Source of the DNA: Mustelus asterias
Taxonomy: Eukaryota
Reading direction: 5' to 3'
Assembly (NCBI RefSeq): GCF_964213995.1
Contig: NW_027590338.1
Span: 62,001-126,000, forward strand
Length of the DNA stretch: 64,000 bases
The position numbers were made by a program, and so were the translations under genes. Below the pieces are notes generated by a model. That model was not told the DNA's origin. It saw only the letters and a list, made by a program, of their open reading frames with translations, and searched no databases. Positions 12,566-25,688 of this stretch are shown here, one piece after another. Each line of letters starts with the position of its first letter. Within the stretch, counting starts at the first letter, position 1.

Positions 12566-13199
12566 ATGCAAACCACGAATGCTAATTTTTTCACTATGAA
12601 ACTTCTCTGAAATAACTTGGGGTGCTTCCATCCCCACTATTTTCATTTTAGATCTATCAGTAATGGACTTGCTGCCGTCTGGAACAAAACTGTTTTCAGC
12701 AATAAGGTTCCGCTGTGATGTAATAGTCTCTATGACATCATTGCAGCAGGACTGGATGACATCATCAGAGTCCATTGTTTCTGAATGATTCACATCAATA
12801 ACAACAGGAAATACTCATCAAGCTGAGCACATTATCTCGGCTGACACTCCAGTCTGACATTGAGGGACTGCTGCACTCTGTCACACACTGTCCTTCACAT
12901 GGATTCACTCAGTCATCTCATTTACTGATAGAACAGCACAGTTAGACTAGGGGGCCAACACTCAGACACTTCACATGTACAAAGGGATTTCCTTAGTTTT
13001 CCTCAGTGGCTAACACTCTGATTTTAAGAGCTCAAAGCATTTGATCCAATGCCAGCATTCTTATTGACAAGGGGCAGTTTAACTGTTGTGTCTATGGGGA
13101 AAACGTGCTGAGACCCCAATGCATTCACTTCTAACTGTAGATGTTTGTTCTGTTGTCAATCAGACCCAGGACCGAACTGTGGTGGAGAGCCTATGCTCA

Positions 13200-13490
13200 T
13201 AGATTCAGAGAATTCCTACAGGAGGCCATTCAGCCCATTAAGTCTCTGCTGACATCAATCCTACCCATGCACTATCCCCATAACTCCAACTATTTACCCT
13301 GCTAATCCCCCTGACACTAAGGGGCACTTTAGCATAGCCAATTAACCTAACCTGCACATCTTTGGACTGTGGGAGGAAACCCACACAGACACGGGGAGAA
13401 CATGCAAAGTCCACAGAGACAGTGACCCGAGGCCGGAATTGAACTTGGTTCCCTGGCGCTGTGAGACAGCTGTGCTTGCAACTGTGCCAT
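13200..13490 (-). mobile_element. HE1-like SINE
   Basis: Reverse SINE core and tRNA head. Confidence 0.75.
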
Positions 13491-13639
13491 CCCAGTCCTT
13501 AGTTACTATATTACTCCTTAGTTCCACATGAATAGATTTAATACATTTGTTATTGTGGCCCAATGGTACCAATCATATTCAGATCGCAAAGCATATTTTC
13601 TATTTAACAAAACCAGTGTGAATGGCGGGGTGATTACCC

Positions 13640-14000
13640 AACATTCTCTGCGGGTGAGAATGTGCCCTATCCACATTACAGCACCGCCTTGCGCAAACGC
13701 GGGACCTGGCTCTGACTGGAGCATGCGCAGCCCGGACTGTATCTGGAGCTGCGAGGAGCCGGAAAGAAACAATGGAGTGAGGTTCAGTAATGGAGCCGCT
13801 GGGTGACCGGGGAGAGATAGAAGCAGCGGAGTGGGCTGGGAGGCTTCATAAATACCCCCTAGAGGCTTCAATCCAGAATAAAATGTTCCTGGTCCCGCTT
13901 CAGTTGGTACAGAATAGAGTCGGAGCTGAGCGGCTCCAGGCCCGGGTTAGCGGCCGCCATCGTGACAGGAACAATGTACAGAAGGGCGCATGCGCTGTGA
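13640..14000 (+). promoter_or_regulatory. CpG-rich promoter / first exon, probably of the ZNF gene at 19741
   Basis: TGACTGGAGCATGCGCAG motif also seen at 3821, CCGGAA, GCGCATGCGC and YY1-like GCCGCCATC. Confidence 0.6.
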
Positions 14001-14049
14001 GCCTGGACCAGTTTCCAACTCTCCCGGGTTGGACTGGAGTCTCCAGGAA

Positions 14050-14690
14050 TTTTTTTATTCATTCAGGGAATGTTGGAGTCGCTGGTTGGACCAGTATATA
14101 TTGCCCATCCCTAATTGTCCTTCAACTGAGTGGCTTGCTAGACCATCTCACAGGGAATTTTAAGTGTCAACCACATAAAATCATAGAAACCCTACAGTGC
14201 AGAAAGAGGCCATTTGGCCCATCGAGTCTGCACCGACCACAATCCCACCCAGGCCCTACCCCCATATCCCTACACATTTACCCGCTAATCCCTCTAACCT
14301 ACGCATCTCAGTGGTTTGGAGTCATATTTAGGCCAGATCAGATAAGGATGGGAGATTTGTTTCCCAATTCATCCAGGGGATGTGGCTGCCACTGGCTGGA
14401 CCAGCATTTATTGCCCATCTTTATTTTCCCTTGAACTGAGTGCACTTCAGAGGGCATTTTAAGAGTCAACCAACCACATTGCTGGAGATCTGGAATCACA
14501 TATAGACCTGACCAGGTCAGGCAGCAGATTTCCTTGGCTCAAGGACATTAGTGAATCAGTTGGCTTTTTACGACAATCGACAATGGTTTCATGGTCATCA
14601 TTAGACTTTCAATTCCAGATATTTATTGAATTCAAATTTGACCATCTGCTGTAGTGGGATTCAAACCTCAGTCTCTAAAACATTCAGGAC
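14050..14690 (-). mobile_element. Nested SINE family 2 copies plus an HE1 tail fragment (14180-14310)
   Basis: Reverse complement of the 270-625 element appears twice (one partial copy). Confidence 0.65.
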
Positions 14691-15507
14691 ATTTAAAAAT
14701 ATATCTTTTGTTGTCATTTTCCTTTGAACATTTCTCTGCACCGATATAAAAATATTAAAAATGGATAAAAGTTGTTTGCCTGACTGTCAATCATTATGCT
14801 GTAAGGTAAGGAGTCTTTTTTGCTTTCCAATTGGCCCAGGAAGGCAGTGGGGAAGGATGTGTGGACTGATTAATGGTTGGAGGATGGGCACAATAGAAAA
14901 GACGTGGTAAAACTTCCAGGAAACATTTAATCACATTTGGCAACTCGGTGGAGAGAATGTTGTGAATTTCTATCCTGGACTGACTGTGATGGTTTCTGTA
15001 AATTTACAGAGTGCTGGAAGTGGAGAATTGACATATGGGAAACTCAAATCAAACATCACATTGTGATCTGATGGAGCCACGCAATACATCAGAACCTGAA
15101 TATTAGCAGCCTCTGAATGTGGAAGGTAACAGTTTTGTCGATTGTGTCTGTGAGAGAAGATTTCGGGTTTCAGTGTGACTGGAAAGGCCCCGAGATTCAC
15201 AAACCCTGGTTAGACCACATCTGGAGAACTGTGCTCAGTTCCGGGCAACAGGATATAATAGCCCTGGAGAGAGTGTAGAACAGATGTACCCGAGTGATAT
15301 CTGAACTCCCAGGGTTAAATTAGAAGATGAGATTACAAGAAAGTGTCATTCTGGTGCAGGGCCATTCAGCCCATTGAATCCATGCAAGGTGTCTACAGCA
15401 ATCCAGTCAGTCCCATTCCTCTGCTCTATCCTCATATCTTTGCAGCTTTATTTCCCTGATAGATAATGTAGATAACTGATAGATAAGTAACTAGCTATCT
15501 CATAGAA

Positions 15508-16284
15508 GTGGAGATGCCGGCGTTGGACTGGGGTAAACACAGTAAGAAGTTTAACAGCACCAAGTTAAAGTCCAACAGGTTTATTTGGTAGCAAAAGCCA
15601 CACAAGCTTTCGGAGCCCCAAGCCCCTTCTTCTGGTGAGTGGGAATTCTGTTCACAAACAGGGCATATAAAGACATAGACTCAATTTACAGAATAATGGT
15701 TGGAATGCGAATACTTACAACTAATCAAGTCTTTAAGATACAAACAATGTGAGTGGAGAGAGCATCAAAACAGGCTAAAGAGATGTGTATTGTCTCCAGT
15801 CAGGACAGCCACTTCAGCGGTCACGGGCATTCGGCCTCTGATATTCGGGTAAGCGTTCTCCAAGGCGGCCTTCACGACACACGACGGCGCAGAGTCGCTG
15901 AGCAGAAACTGATAGCCAAGTTCCGCACACATGAGGACGGCCTCAACTGGGATATTGGGTTCATGTCACACTATCTGTAATCCCCACAGCTTGTCTGGAC
16001 CTGCAGAGTCTCACTGGCTGGCCTGTCTGGAGACAATACACTTCTCTTTAGCCTGTCTTGATGCTCTCTCCACTCACATTGTTTGTATCTTAAAGACTTG
16101 ATTAGCTGTAAGTATTCGCATTCCAACCATTATTCTGTAAATTGCGTTTGTGTCTTTATAAGCCCTGTTTGTGAACAGAATTCCCACTCACCTGAAGAAG
16201 GGGCTTAAGGCTCCGAAAGCTTGTGTGGCTTTTGCTACCAAAGAAACCTGTTGGACTTTAACCTGGTGTTGTTAAACTTCTTAC
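15508..16284. mobile_element. Penelope-like element with inverted pseudo-LTR (partial palindrome)
   Basis: 15541-15800 is the reverse complement of about 16025-16284. GIY-YIG C-terminus at 15800-15980. Flanking direct repeat CTATCTCATAGAA(G) at 15495 and 16284. Confidence 0.85.
16184..16228 (+). ncRNA. Minimal type I hammerhead ribozyme motif
   Basis: CCACUCAC-CUGAAGA-A-GGGGC/GCUCC-GAAA-GCUU-GUGUGG: intact core, stem II, palindromic stem III and bulged stem I. Confidence 0.7.
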
Positions 16285-17340
16285 TATCTCATAGAAGACA
16301 GAGGGTGGTGGTGGATGGAAATTTTTCAGACTGGAGACCAGTTACCAGTGGTGTACCACAGGGATCAGTGCTGGGTCCTCTGCTATTTGTGATTTTTATC
16401 AATGACTTGGAGGAGGGGGCTGAAGGGTGGATCAGTAAATTTGCTGATGACACCAAGGTTGGTGGAGTAGTGGATGAGGTGGAGGGCTGTTGTAGGCTGC
16501 AAAGAGACATAGATAGGATGCAAAGCTGGGCTGAAAAATGGCAAATGGAGTTTAACCCTGATAAGTGCGAGGTGATTCATTTTGGTCGGACAAATTTGAA
16601 TGCGGATTGCAGTGTCAACGGCAGGGTTCTGGGGAATGTGGAGGAACAGAGAGATCTTGGGGTTCATATCCACAGACCTCTGAAGGTTGCCACTCAAGTG
16701 GATAGAGCTGTGAAGAAGGCCTTTAGTGTGTTAGCGTTTATTAACAGGGGGTTTGAGTTTAAGAGCTGTGGGCTTATACTGCAACTGTACAGGACCTTGG
16801 TGAGACTCGTTTGGAATATTGTGTGCAGTTCTGGTCACCTCACTATAAGAAGGATGTGGAAGCATTGGAAAGAGTGCAAAGGAGATTTACCAGGATGCTG
16901 CCTGGTTTGGAGGGTAGGTCTTATGAGGAAAGCTTGAGGGAGCTGGGGCTTTTCTCTTTAGAGCGGAGGGGGATGAGAGGCGACTTAATAGAGGTTTATA
17001 AGATGATGAGGGGGATAGATAGAGTGGACATTCAGAGACTATTTCCTCGGGTGGATGTAGCTGTTACGAGGGGGCATAACTATAAGGTTCATGATGGGAG
17101 ATATAGGAGGGATGTCCGAGGTAGGTTCTTTACTCAGAGAGTGGTTGGGGTGTGGAATGGACTGCCTGCTGTGATCGTGGAGTCGGAGACTTTAGGAACT
17201 TTCAAGCGGTTATTGGATAGGCACATGGAGCACACCAGGATGATAGGGAGTGGGCGAGCTTGATCTTGGTTTCGGACAAAGCTCGGCACATCGAGGGCTG
17301 AAGGGCCTGTACTGTGCTGTACTGTTCTATGTTCTATGTT

Positions 17341-19045
17341 TATCTTTCAAGCTTCAAGGAATACAGACCTAGACAATTTATTCTCTCTTGATCGGACAAC
17401 CCTCTCATCCCAGGAATTAACCTGGTGAACCTCCAATCTTACTATATCCTTGTTTAAATAAGGGGATCAAAACTGTGTTCATTATTCCAGGTGAGACCTC
17501 ACCAACACCCTGTGCAGTTGCCACAAAACCTCCCTGTTTTTAAACTCCAACCCCTTTGCGATAAAGGTCAAAATTCCATTTTCCTTCTTGCCTATTGTGG
17601 GACCTGTCTGCTAGCTTTTTGTGATTCATGTGCAAAACACCTCGATCCCTCTGTACTTCAATCACCTGCAGTGCCTCTCCATTTAGATAATCTCCCTTTT
17701 GATTCTTCCAACTGAAATACATGACCTCACATTTCCCCATATTAAACTCCATTTGCCAGGTTTTCGTCACCCAATCTATCTATATCCCACTGCAGAATCA
17801 AAATATCCTCATCACAACATGTCCTTCCACCTATATTCATATCATTTGGAAACCTTACATTCTGTTCCTTCTCCAGGTCATTAATTGAATCATGAATTGC
17901 GGGCCAAGAACTGATCCCTGTGGTACTCCACTAGTTACATCTTTCCACTCTGAAAATGACCCATTTATTCCAACTCTCTGTTTTCTATGTGACGGCCAGT
18001 TTTCAATCCATGCTAACACACTTCCACCAATTCCATGGACCTTTACTTTATGCACCAGCCTCTTATGTGGCACCTTGACAAATGCCTTTTGGAAATCATA
18101 GAATCCCTCGAGTGCAGAAGGAGGTCATTTGGCCCATTGAGCTGCTTGAACATCTTTCCCAGGCCCCATCCCCATAAGCCCACATTTTTTCCCCACTAGT
18201 CCCCCTAATCTAAATCTATTGGACACAAAGGGATAATTCAGCATGGCCAATCAACCTAACCTGCACATCTTTGGACTATGGGAAGAAACTGGAGCACCCG
18301 GAGGAAACCCACACAGACACGGGGAGAATGTGCAGACTCCACACAGACGGTCACCCAAGGCTGGAATTGAACCCTTGTCCCTGGCGCTATGCAGCAGCAG
18401 TGCTAACCACTGTGCCGCCCAATCTAAATACACTACATCTACAGATTACTCTCGATCTACACGACCCCTTGCGTCCTCAAAGAATTTGAACAAATTTGTT
18501 AAACATGATTTATCTTTCATAAAACCATGTTGACGAGGTGTTAAATTCACTGGGGCAGCACGGGGCGGCTTGGTGGCACAGTGGTTGGCACTGCTGCCCC
18601 ACAGTGCCAAGGACTTGTGGAGTTTGCACGTTCTCCCCGTGCTTGCGTGGGTTTCCTCTGCGTGCTCCGATTTCCTACCTCATTCCAAAGAAGTGAGGGT
18701 TAGGTTGATTGGCCATGGTGAATTGCCCCTTAGTGTCGGCAGATTAGGAGGGTAAATACATGGGGTTACGGGGATAGGACCTGGCTGGGATTGTTGTCGG
18801 TGCAGGCTCGATGGGCCAAATGGCCTCCTTCTGTTCTGTAGATTCTATGATTCTATAAACAGGTCTATAGTTCACTGCCTTCTGCCTTTCTCCCTTTTTG
18901 AACAAAGGAGTCACATTGGCTGTTTTCCAATCTTCTAATATCCTCCTGGAACTTAGTGAGTTACAAAATATTTTAACCAAAATGTCCACTATCTCTTCAG
19001 CCTAGTGTGCAGTTCATTGGGTCCTGGCGACTTGTCCGCCCTTAG
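17341..19045 (-). mobile_element. Old degenerate CR1-type LINE fragment containing two HE1 SINEs (18097-18420 -, 18552-18855 +)
   Basis: Broken RT motifs on the - strand (PHKRLVHKVKVHGIGG, GVPQGSVLGP, WQMEFN.GKCEV, WKTANVTPLFKKG). Confidence 0.8.
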
Positions 19046-19740
19046 CCGCTGAAGGGGAGGAAGTGAGTCCAGTCTGTACATTCCACACATTGTTAGTCCA
19101 GTCAGATAGACATATATCTGTCTGGCAGCCTGCATGGAGATTTCCAGCTCTCTGTGTCCAGGGCAGGAAGCAGTGAGCATGGATCTGTCAATCAGCCTCA
19201 ATCAGCACCTTCAGGAGAATTGGGAGGGTGAATATTAGATACAGCAGAGTGAGAATGGAGGGAGAGTGTGTGGGATGGAGATTTACAGCTTTTGGGGAAT
19301 GAGAGAGAAAGAATGTTTCATAGAAACTAGAACTGTCTGTTCTGAATTTCTATCCTGTACTGACTGATGACTTTTTACAGGATATCAGATGGTGAGGATT
19401 TACAGACAGAAATCGCAAACCAAACATCCCATCAACGTCTGACAGAGTCACTCAATTCATCGGGACCTGAATATCATCGGCCTTTAAATCCAGAGGGAGA
19501 AATGTTTCTCTCAGCTGTCTGTTTCAAGAGATTTTAAGCATCAGTGCAACTGAAAAAGCACCAAGACACACACACACACCTGAGTGAGAGTGTTCCAGTG
19601 CACTGAGTGTGGAAAGAGCTTGAACCAGTTACACAGCCTGAAAATACATCGCAGCATCCACAGCGGGAGAGACTGTACCCGTGTTCTGTGTGAGATTTAA
19701 CTGATTGTTTAACCTGGAGAGTCACAAGGACACCCGCACC

Positions 19741-20751
19741 ATGGAGAAACCGTGGAAATGTGGGGACTGTGGGAAGGGATTCACGGTCCCATCTCGGCTG
19801 GAAGTTCATCAACGCAGTCACACTGGAGAGAGACCGTTCACCTGCTTTGTGTGTGGGAAAGGATTCACTGACTTACCTAATCTGCAGAGACACCAGCGAG
19901 TTCACACTGGGGAGAGACTGTTCATCTGTTCTGACTGTGGGAAAGGATTCACTCAGTTATCCCACCTGCTGAGTCACAATTTCACTCACACCAATGAGAG
20001 ACCCTTTAAATGCTCTGACTGTGGGAGTGGCTTCAAAAGCTCTGGTGAACTGGTGTCCCACCAGCGCATTCACACTGAGGAGAGACCGTTCAGCTGCTCT
20101 CACTGCACAAAGAGATTTAGAACGTCATCCAACCTGCGGACCCACCAGCGAGTTCACACCGGAGAGAAGCCATTTACCTGCTGTGTGTGTGGGATGGTGT
20201 TCACTCAGTTATCACACTTGCTAAGTCACAAAGTCACTCACACAAATGAGAGACACTTTAAATGCTCTGAGTGTGGGAGTGCCTTCAAACATGCTTCAGA
20301 TCTGAGGGTCCACCAGCGCATTCACACCGGGGAGAGACCGTTCAGCTGCTCTCACTGCACAAAGAGGTTTAGAACGTCATCACACTTGCAGGTTCACCAG
20401 CGAGTTCACACTGGGAAGAAACCATTTACCTGCTCTGTGTGCGGGAAGGGATTCACTCAGTCATCTGCCCTGTCGACGCACACAGTCACTCACACCCAGG
20501 AGAGACCCTTTAAATGCTCTGACTGTGGGAGCGACTTCAAAAGCTCTCAGGAATTGATGATCCACCAACGCATTCACACTGAGGAGCGACCGTTCAGCTG
20601 CTCTCACTGCACAAAGAGATTTAGAACAGCATCCAACCTGCAAAGACATCAGCGAGTTCACACTGGGGAGAGACCATTCATCTGCTCTGTCTGTGGAAAG
20701 AGATTCACTGTTTCATCCTCCCTGCAGAGACACCAGCGAGTTCACAAGTGA
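19741..20751 (+). CDS. C2H2 zinc-finger protein (12 fingers)
   Basis: ATG in good Kozak context (CGCACCATGG) and 12 consecutive 28-aa fingers. Exon acceptor TTTTTACAG|G at 19380. Confidence 0.92.
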   Translation: MEKPWKCGDCGKGFTVPSRLEVHQRSHTGERPFTCFVCGKGFTDLPNLQRHQRVHTGERLFICSDCGKGFTQLSHLLSHNFTHTNERPFKCSDCGSGFKSSGELVSHQRIHTEERPFSCSHCTKRFRTSSNLRTHQRVHTGEKPFTCCVCGMVFTQLSHLLSHKVTHTNERHFKCSECGSAFKHASDLRVHQRIHTGERPFSCSHCTKRFRTSSHLQVHQRVHTGKKPFTCSVCGKGFTQSSALSTHTVTHTQERPFKCSDCGSDFKSSQELMIHQRIHTEERPFSCSHCTKRFRTASNLQRHQRVHTGERPFICSVCGKRFTVSSSLQRHQRVHK

Positions 20752-21019
20752 TTACAGGAGTTGGATTCTGCTGTTATTGTTTCCGCTCTCAATTATATCT
20801 CGGGCTGCAATTTATTCATCCTCAAAGTTGGTCACTGGGGAGGGTTAGAGGGTTTCTTTCTGCTGGATTGGCCGCTCTCATGACTTTGCTTCCAGTGGGC
20901 TGATGCTCTTTGAGTCTGGGAGAGCACATTTCCACTGAAATGATCCACAAAAGCTGATGAAGGACATTTTTTTTCTGGGATAGTAAATAGTCTATTCCCT
21001 CCACTACAGGTAGATCAAA

Positions 21020-21975
21020 AATAAATACAGAAAGAACTGGAAAAACTCAGCAGATCTGGCAGCATCTGTGGAGAGAGAAACAGAGTTAATGTTTCACATC
21101 CAATGTAACTCTACTTCAGAACTAAAGCGAGGGAGAAATGTGATGGGTTTGATGCTGGTGAGATGGGGGGAGGGTCAGGTAGAACAAAAGGGAAAGTCAG
21201 GGATTGGTTAGAGGGCGGGTGAGATTAAATGACAAAAATGTCCTGGAACAAAAGGCAAAGGGAGAGGTAATGGTTGTTGTAAAGAAACAAAGCATTGGTC
21301 CAGAGTTTAGTGTTAATGGCAGAATAAAGAACAGCTCTGTCTGGAAGCAAAAAAACATGAAAACAAGATACAGACTGGCACTTGGCAAAAAAACAAACCA
21401 AAATGGAGGAGAGAGTTCAGGGGGTGAAGTTGTTGAACTCAATGTTGAGTCCAGAAGGCTGTAAAGTGCCTCATCGGAAGATGAGGGGCTGTTCGTCCAA
21501 CTTGTGTTGGGCTTCTCTGGAACATTGCAGCAGGCCGAGGACAGAAATGTGAACGCGAGAGCAAGATGATGAAGGGCGGCACGGTAGCACAGTGGTTAGC
21601 ACTGCTCTTCACAGCTCCAGGGACCTGGGTTTGATTCCCGGCTTGGGTCACTGTCTGTGTGGAGTTTGCACATTCTCCTCGTGTCTGCATGGGTTTCCTC
21701 CGGGTGCTCCGGTTTCCTCCCACAGTCCAAAGATGCTTGGGTTAGGTTGATTGGCCATGCTAAAAAAGAAATTGCCCCTTAGTGTCCTGAGATGTGAAGG
21801 TTAGAGGGATTAGCAGGTAAATATGTGGGGGTAGAGCCTGGGTGGGATTGTGGCTGGTGCAGACTCGATGGGCCAAATGGCCTCTTTCTGCACTGTAGGG
21901 TTTCTATGATTTCTAATGGCAAGCAAGCGGAAGGTCAGGGTCATGCTTGTGGACTGAGCGGAGGTGTTCCACAAA
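21020..21975 (-). mobile_element. Second Penelope-like family fragment (GIY-YIG C-terminus plus 3' region), interrupted by an HE1 SINE at 21573-21915 (+)
   Basis: Minus strand reads GLLQCSREAQHKLDEQPLIFR*GTLQPSGLNIEFNNF. Its 3' end matches the short element at 4250-4340. Confidence 0.65.
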
Positions 21976-24900
21976 GAGGGCAGGGAACAGGCTATCGATG
22001 AATCAAAGAGAATCCAGTTGTGTCCAGAACATTGTGAACATCCTTTACTCTGGTTGTCTTTGATCCTCAAGTCATTTTCTGTTTGTTTTAACCATGTTCT
22101 GTTTCATCAATAAACTTCTATCAGTAAAAATATTTGACTTTCTGGACTTTTCCTGATGAGATTGATGCACTTTAGGGAAAGTGGGTGAGAGGGGTTGGCA
22201 GGCTCTTTAACAGAAAGTGAGTCTCTCGAAGGTAATTGTCAAAGGAGACAGAGGTGGAGATGAGATTTTATTTTTGACTCAGCGATGTTAGAAAATGGGG
22301 TTCAGGGAGTCAATTAACCCTTTCTCCCCTTTTCCCAAACTCTGAAATGATTCCCAATGATAACCCTTATTGGTGACAGTGGTTAGATTTTATTCAGTAT
22401 CAATAAGAGCTGACACAGGCTAATGTCTGAGCAGTCGTATCAAAGTGCAGCAGCATTACCATTACACTCTGGGTAGAAGCAGCATCTCCACGGAAATGCT
22501 CCCTGCTCTGCCCCAGATGCCATGGCACCAGTCAATGCAATATGTAAAACCTCGACTAATCTCTGTGCTCGGGGAATCCCTTCTTATACTTTGTTACATC
22601 ACAAAGACTATGGAGACTGATTTAACCCAATCATTGCCCAGCTAACATTTGAACGGACCAATTACAAAACCTGTCATTGAACCATCTGTATCCGCCCATG
22701 CCATGTCAAACTCTCAAACAATTGTCTTCCCATGCTCCGTCCCTGGTACAGGGAGTCAGCATTCCCATGCCAAGCAGTGAAAACATGGTGGCCTTGACAC
22801 ACAGGTGTCATCCAGGATTCAAGGCACTCTTGTTTTCTCTGTCCTCCGGGAGCTGTTTATCTCCCTGTTCCCACAGAGCAAGTCATCTGTTCTCAGCTCT
22901 GCTGCATTTCTGCTGATGTTTTGCCCCTTTTACACCTTTCGGATCAATAAAACATTTGGTCAAAGACCCAAACCACAATTTCCCATCCTGTCACCTGTCA
23001 ACCATCCTTACCCAGAGCGTAATCACAACAGGAATAAAAACAGGAGAAGTGTAACAATCAAATTCAAAATCAATGCACAGCCAGTCATAGAATTTAATGT
23101 TCACTAATTAGCAAGAAAACCCAAAGTTGGGGGTCCCCCAGGATTCTTATAGTCCACACCTTGAGGGGGGAGAACTCTCTCTCTGACCCCTCACTCAATT
23201 TCACTCTGTTATTTTCCAGTTCTGTTCTGGCCCCGCCTGGGGTAACATCTACTCGATCTTTTCTTCTCCTGAAGGAGCACCATGAGTTCTAGGTTACTCG
23301 TACATAAGGACAGATGCTTCAAGCAACAGATCAAGCATGGATGTAAAAGATTCTCCAGCTCTCTCTTTACCCCTGTCCAAATTGTGGACAGTTCTTACTC
23401 TATTATTTCTCCCAATCCCTTAATTGTCCCAATCTATTATATTACGCATTTTACTGTAATTTCACTCACTTTGTGAGCATGTGCAGTGTGTTTAATTGGA
23501 TCCTGATTGTTTTGAACTCAGTTTCTCTCTGGAGTGTATGTCAGTGCCTTGATGATGTCACAATGTTGTCTCAATCCCCTGGCCACATTAACCATGTCAT
23601 CTCCTGCTGTGTCTCAAGTAGCTGTGTGTGTTTGGGACCCGCTCTTCACTCCATCTCACCATGAATTTAGGCTTGTTATTTTTCACATGTAACAAATCAC
23701 ATCTGTACACTCACTCCGGTATCCCAAAATCATGTCACACATTCTTAACTCTCAGATGTGCTCATGAAATGACCAAAGTGAGTGTCTGTCTTTCTTATCT
23801 CCCCCTGTGATGGATGTTTCATGTAGTGGCCGGGCTTTCAAATGTGGATTTCCTTAAAACAAAGTTCATGAACAAAGATGTAAATATCACCAAGAGAAAG
23901 TGATCAACTTATTCATCCCATCGACACATTCCAGACTTTCACTGGAATGTAGGTGGAAACCAGATTGATATATTCCATTCAACCACATCCAAGGGGAGTT
24001 ATTCCAATTCCCTTATTGTCCTGTTGTGATGTATTTCTTACAACTAACCACAGGAGACCCAGGGACATGTTACAATAGTGTATTCATGCTTCAAGCCTAG
24101 AGGGAACTACCCCAGAGAAAGCTCTGGAGGAGCACCCTCCTGTGATACAGCTCTCACAGCTCAAAGTCACAGCTCTGACACAGCTCTCGAACAGAGTAAT
24201 CACAGAGATAGCACTCTAATACAACTCCCAGCTCCAAGTCACAGATACAGACAGCTGACACAGTTATTCAATACACAGAACATTTAAAATTCCAATCTTG
24301 CCAACGTAGGTTAGTTCTTAAACCTTCACTCAAAAGTTTGTGAGAAAATGGTCTGTTTTTCTAGAAAGTAAACAACCTTGCCGGCAAGCCTCCTGATGTC
24401 AGCACCTTGAGGTATTAGCAATTGACCAGCCTGTGATTTTACTCTAATGAAGGAGGGGGAGGGGGGGGGGGTGTTAAATCTATCCCCCCGTTTACCAAAT
24501 CCATTAATTCACTCTTACAGTCCAAATCTTTAACACAGAAAATAAACATTCCCATTTGATTTCAGGTGTTAACATGTTCTGTTAGTTTGTTCTTTATTGT
24601 CGATGTCAGGCTGGGGTTGTTCCCCTTGGATGTGGGGACATTTGATAGAGGTGGACAAGATTCTGACAGGTTTAGATAAAGTGGACAAAGAAAAGCTGTT
24701 CCCATTCGCTGATGGAACAAGGACGAGGGGGACACAGATTTAAGGTTTTGGGTCAGAGATGCAGGGGGGACAGGGACGTGAGGAAGAATATTTTGATGCA
24801 GCGAATGGTAATGAGCTGAAACTCGTTGCCTACGAGGGTGGAGGGAGTGGAGACAATAAACAATTACAAAGGAAATTGGATGGGCATTGGGGGGGTTTCA

Positions 24901-25080
24901 AACAGAAATGCTGACTAAACATCTCTGAACTTCTCAACACCCTGTCACTCTGTGATCCTTGTGAAATCTGAAAATAGGCTTTTAGCAGCAAGAATCAAAG
25001 AGCATCAGCGCACTGGAGGCAAAATCGTGCGACCGGTTGACCATCTGTGAGAATGAACAAAACGCAGTCCTGGACGTATT

Positions 25081-25513
25081 TGTTTAACTGGAGTGAGAGT
25101 GGGGGAGAGAGTCTTAGCAGGAGTGCTGAGAGTAAGCTAAGAAGTGATTTAATTATTCATTTATTCATTTAAGGGTATTCCTAGTATATTTCGCGGGCTT
25201 TTTTCAGGGTTTTGAATTGAGGAAGTGAGGTCAGCTGAAGGGGATTCTGGGAGGTTGAGTCTTAGTATAAAAGGCAGTTACCTGGGGGGTTCGATCTCTT
25301 TGTTTAACTGGAGTGAGAGTGGGGGAGAGAGTCTTAGCAGGAGTGCTGAGAGTAAGCTAAGAAGTGATTTAATTATTCATTTATTCATTTAAGGGTATTC
25401 CTAGTATATTTCGCGGGCTTTTTTCAGGGTTTTGAATTGAGGAAGTGAGGTCAGCTGAAGGGGATTCTGGGAGGTTGAGTCTTAGTATAAAAGGCAGTTA
25501 CTTGGGGGGTTCG
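25081..25513 (+). repeat. Two tandem 220-bp monomers in the LINE 5' UTR
   Basis: TGTTTAACTGGAGTGAGAGTGG starts at 25081 and at 25301. Units are almost identical and each has TATAAAAGG near its end. Confidence 0.92.
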
Positions 25514-25688
25514 TCGGGAGCATAAAAAGCCGTCTGCACTATACAGCGGGCAGCGTCGGGAGCGGGCAGTGGAGTGAGTGGGAAGCAGAGTGTGCAATAT
25601 AAGGGCTTTGGCTCACAGGGCTTGGGCTAAAAGGGCGAGGCAAGGCTAGTTATTTTTTTACCCAACCCTATAAAGGATAAGGGCAGGT

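Larger units (their letters stand above)
15480..17340 (+). mobile_element. 5'-truncated CR1/HER1-type LINE (RT C-terminal half), interrupted near its 5' end by a Penelope insertion
   Basis: LSHRRQRVVVDG..GVPQGSVLGP..SKFADDTK, one frameshift near 16810, and a (GTTCTAT)n tail at about 17323-17340. Confidence 0.9.

Noticed and set aside
21980-24600. Unassigned region with short ACAGCTCT repeats, possibly a decayed LTR/ERV element
   Set aside because: No recognisable protein motif, LTR pair or primer-binding site could be established by eye.
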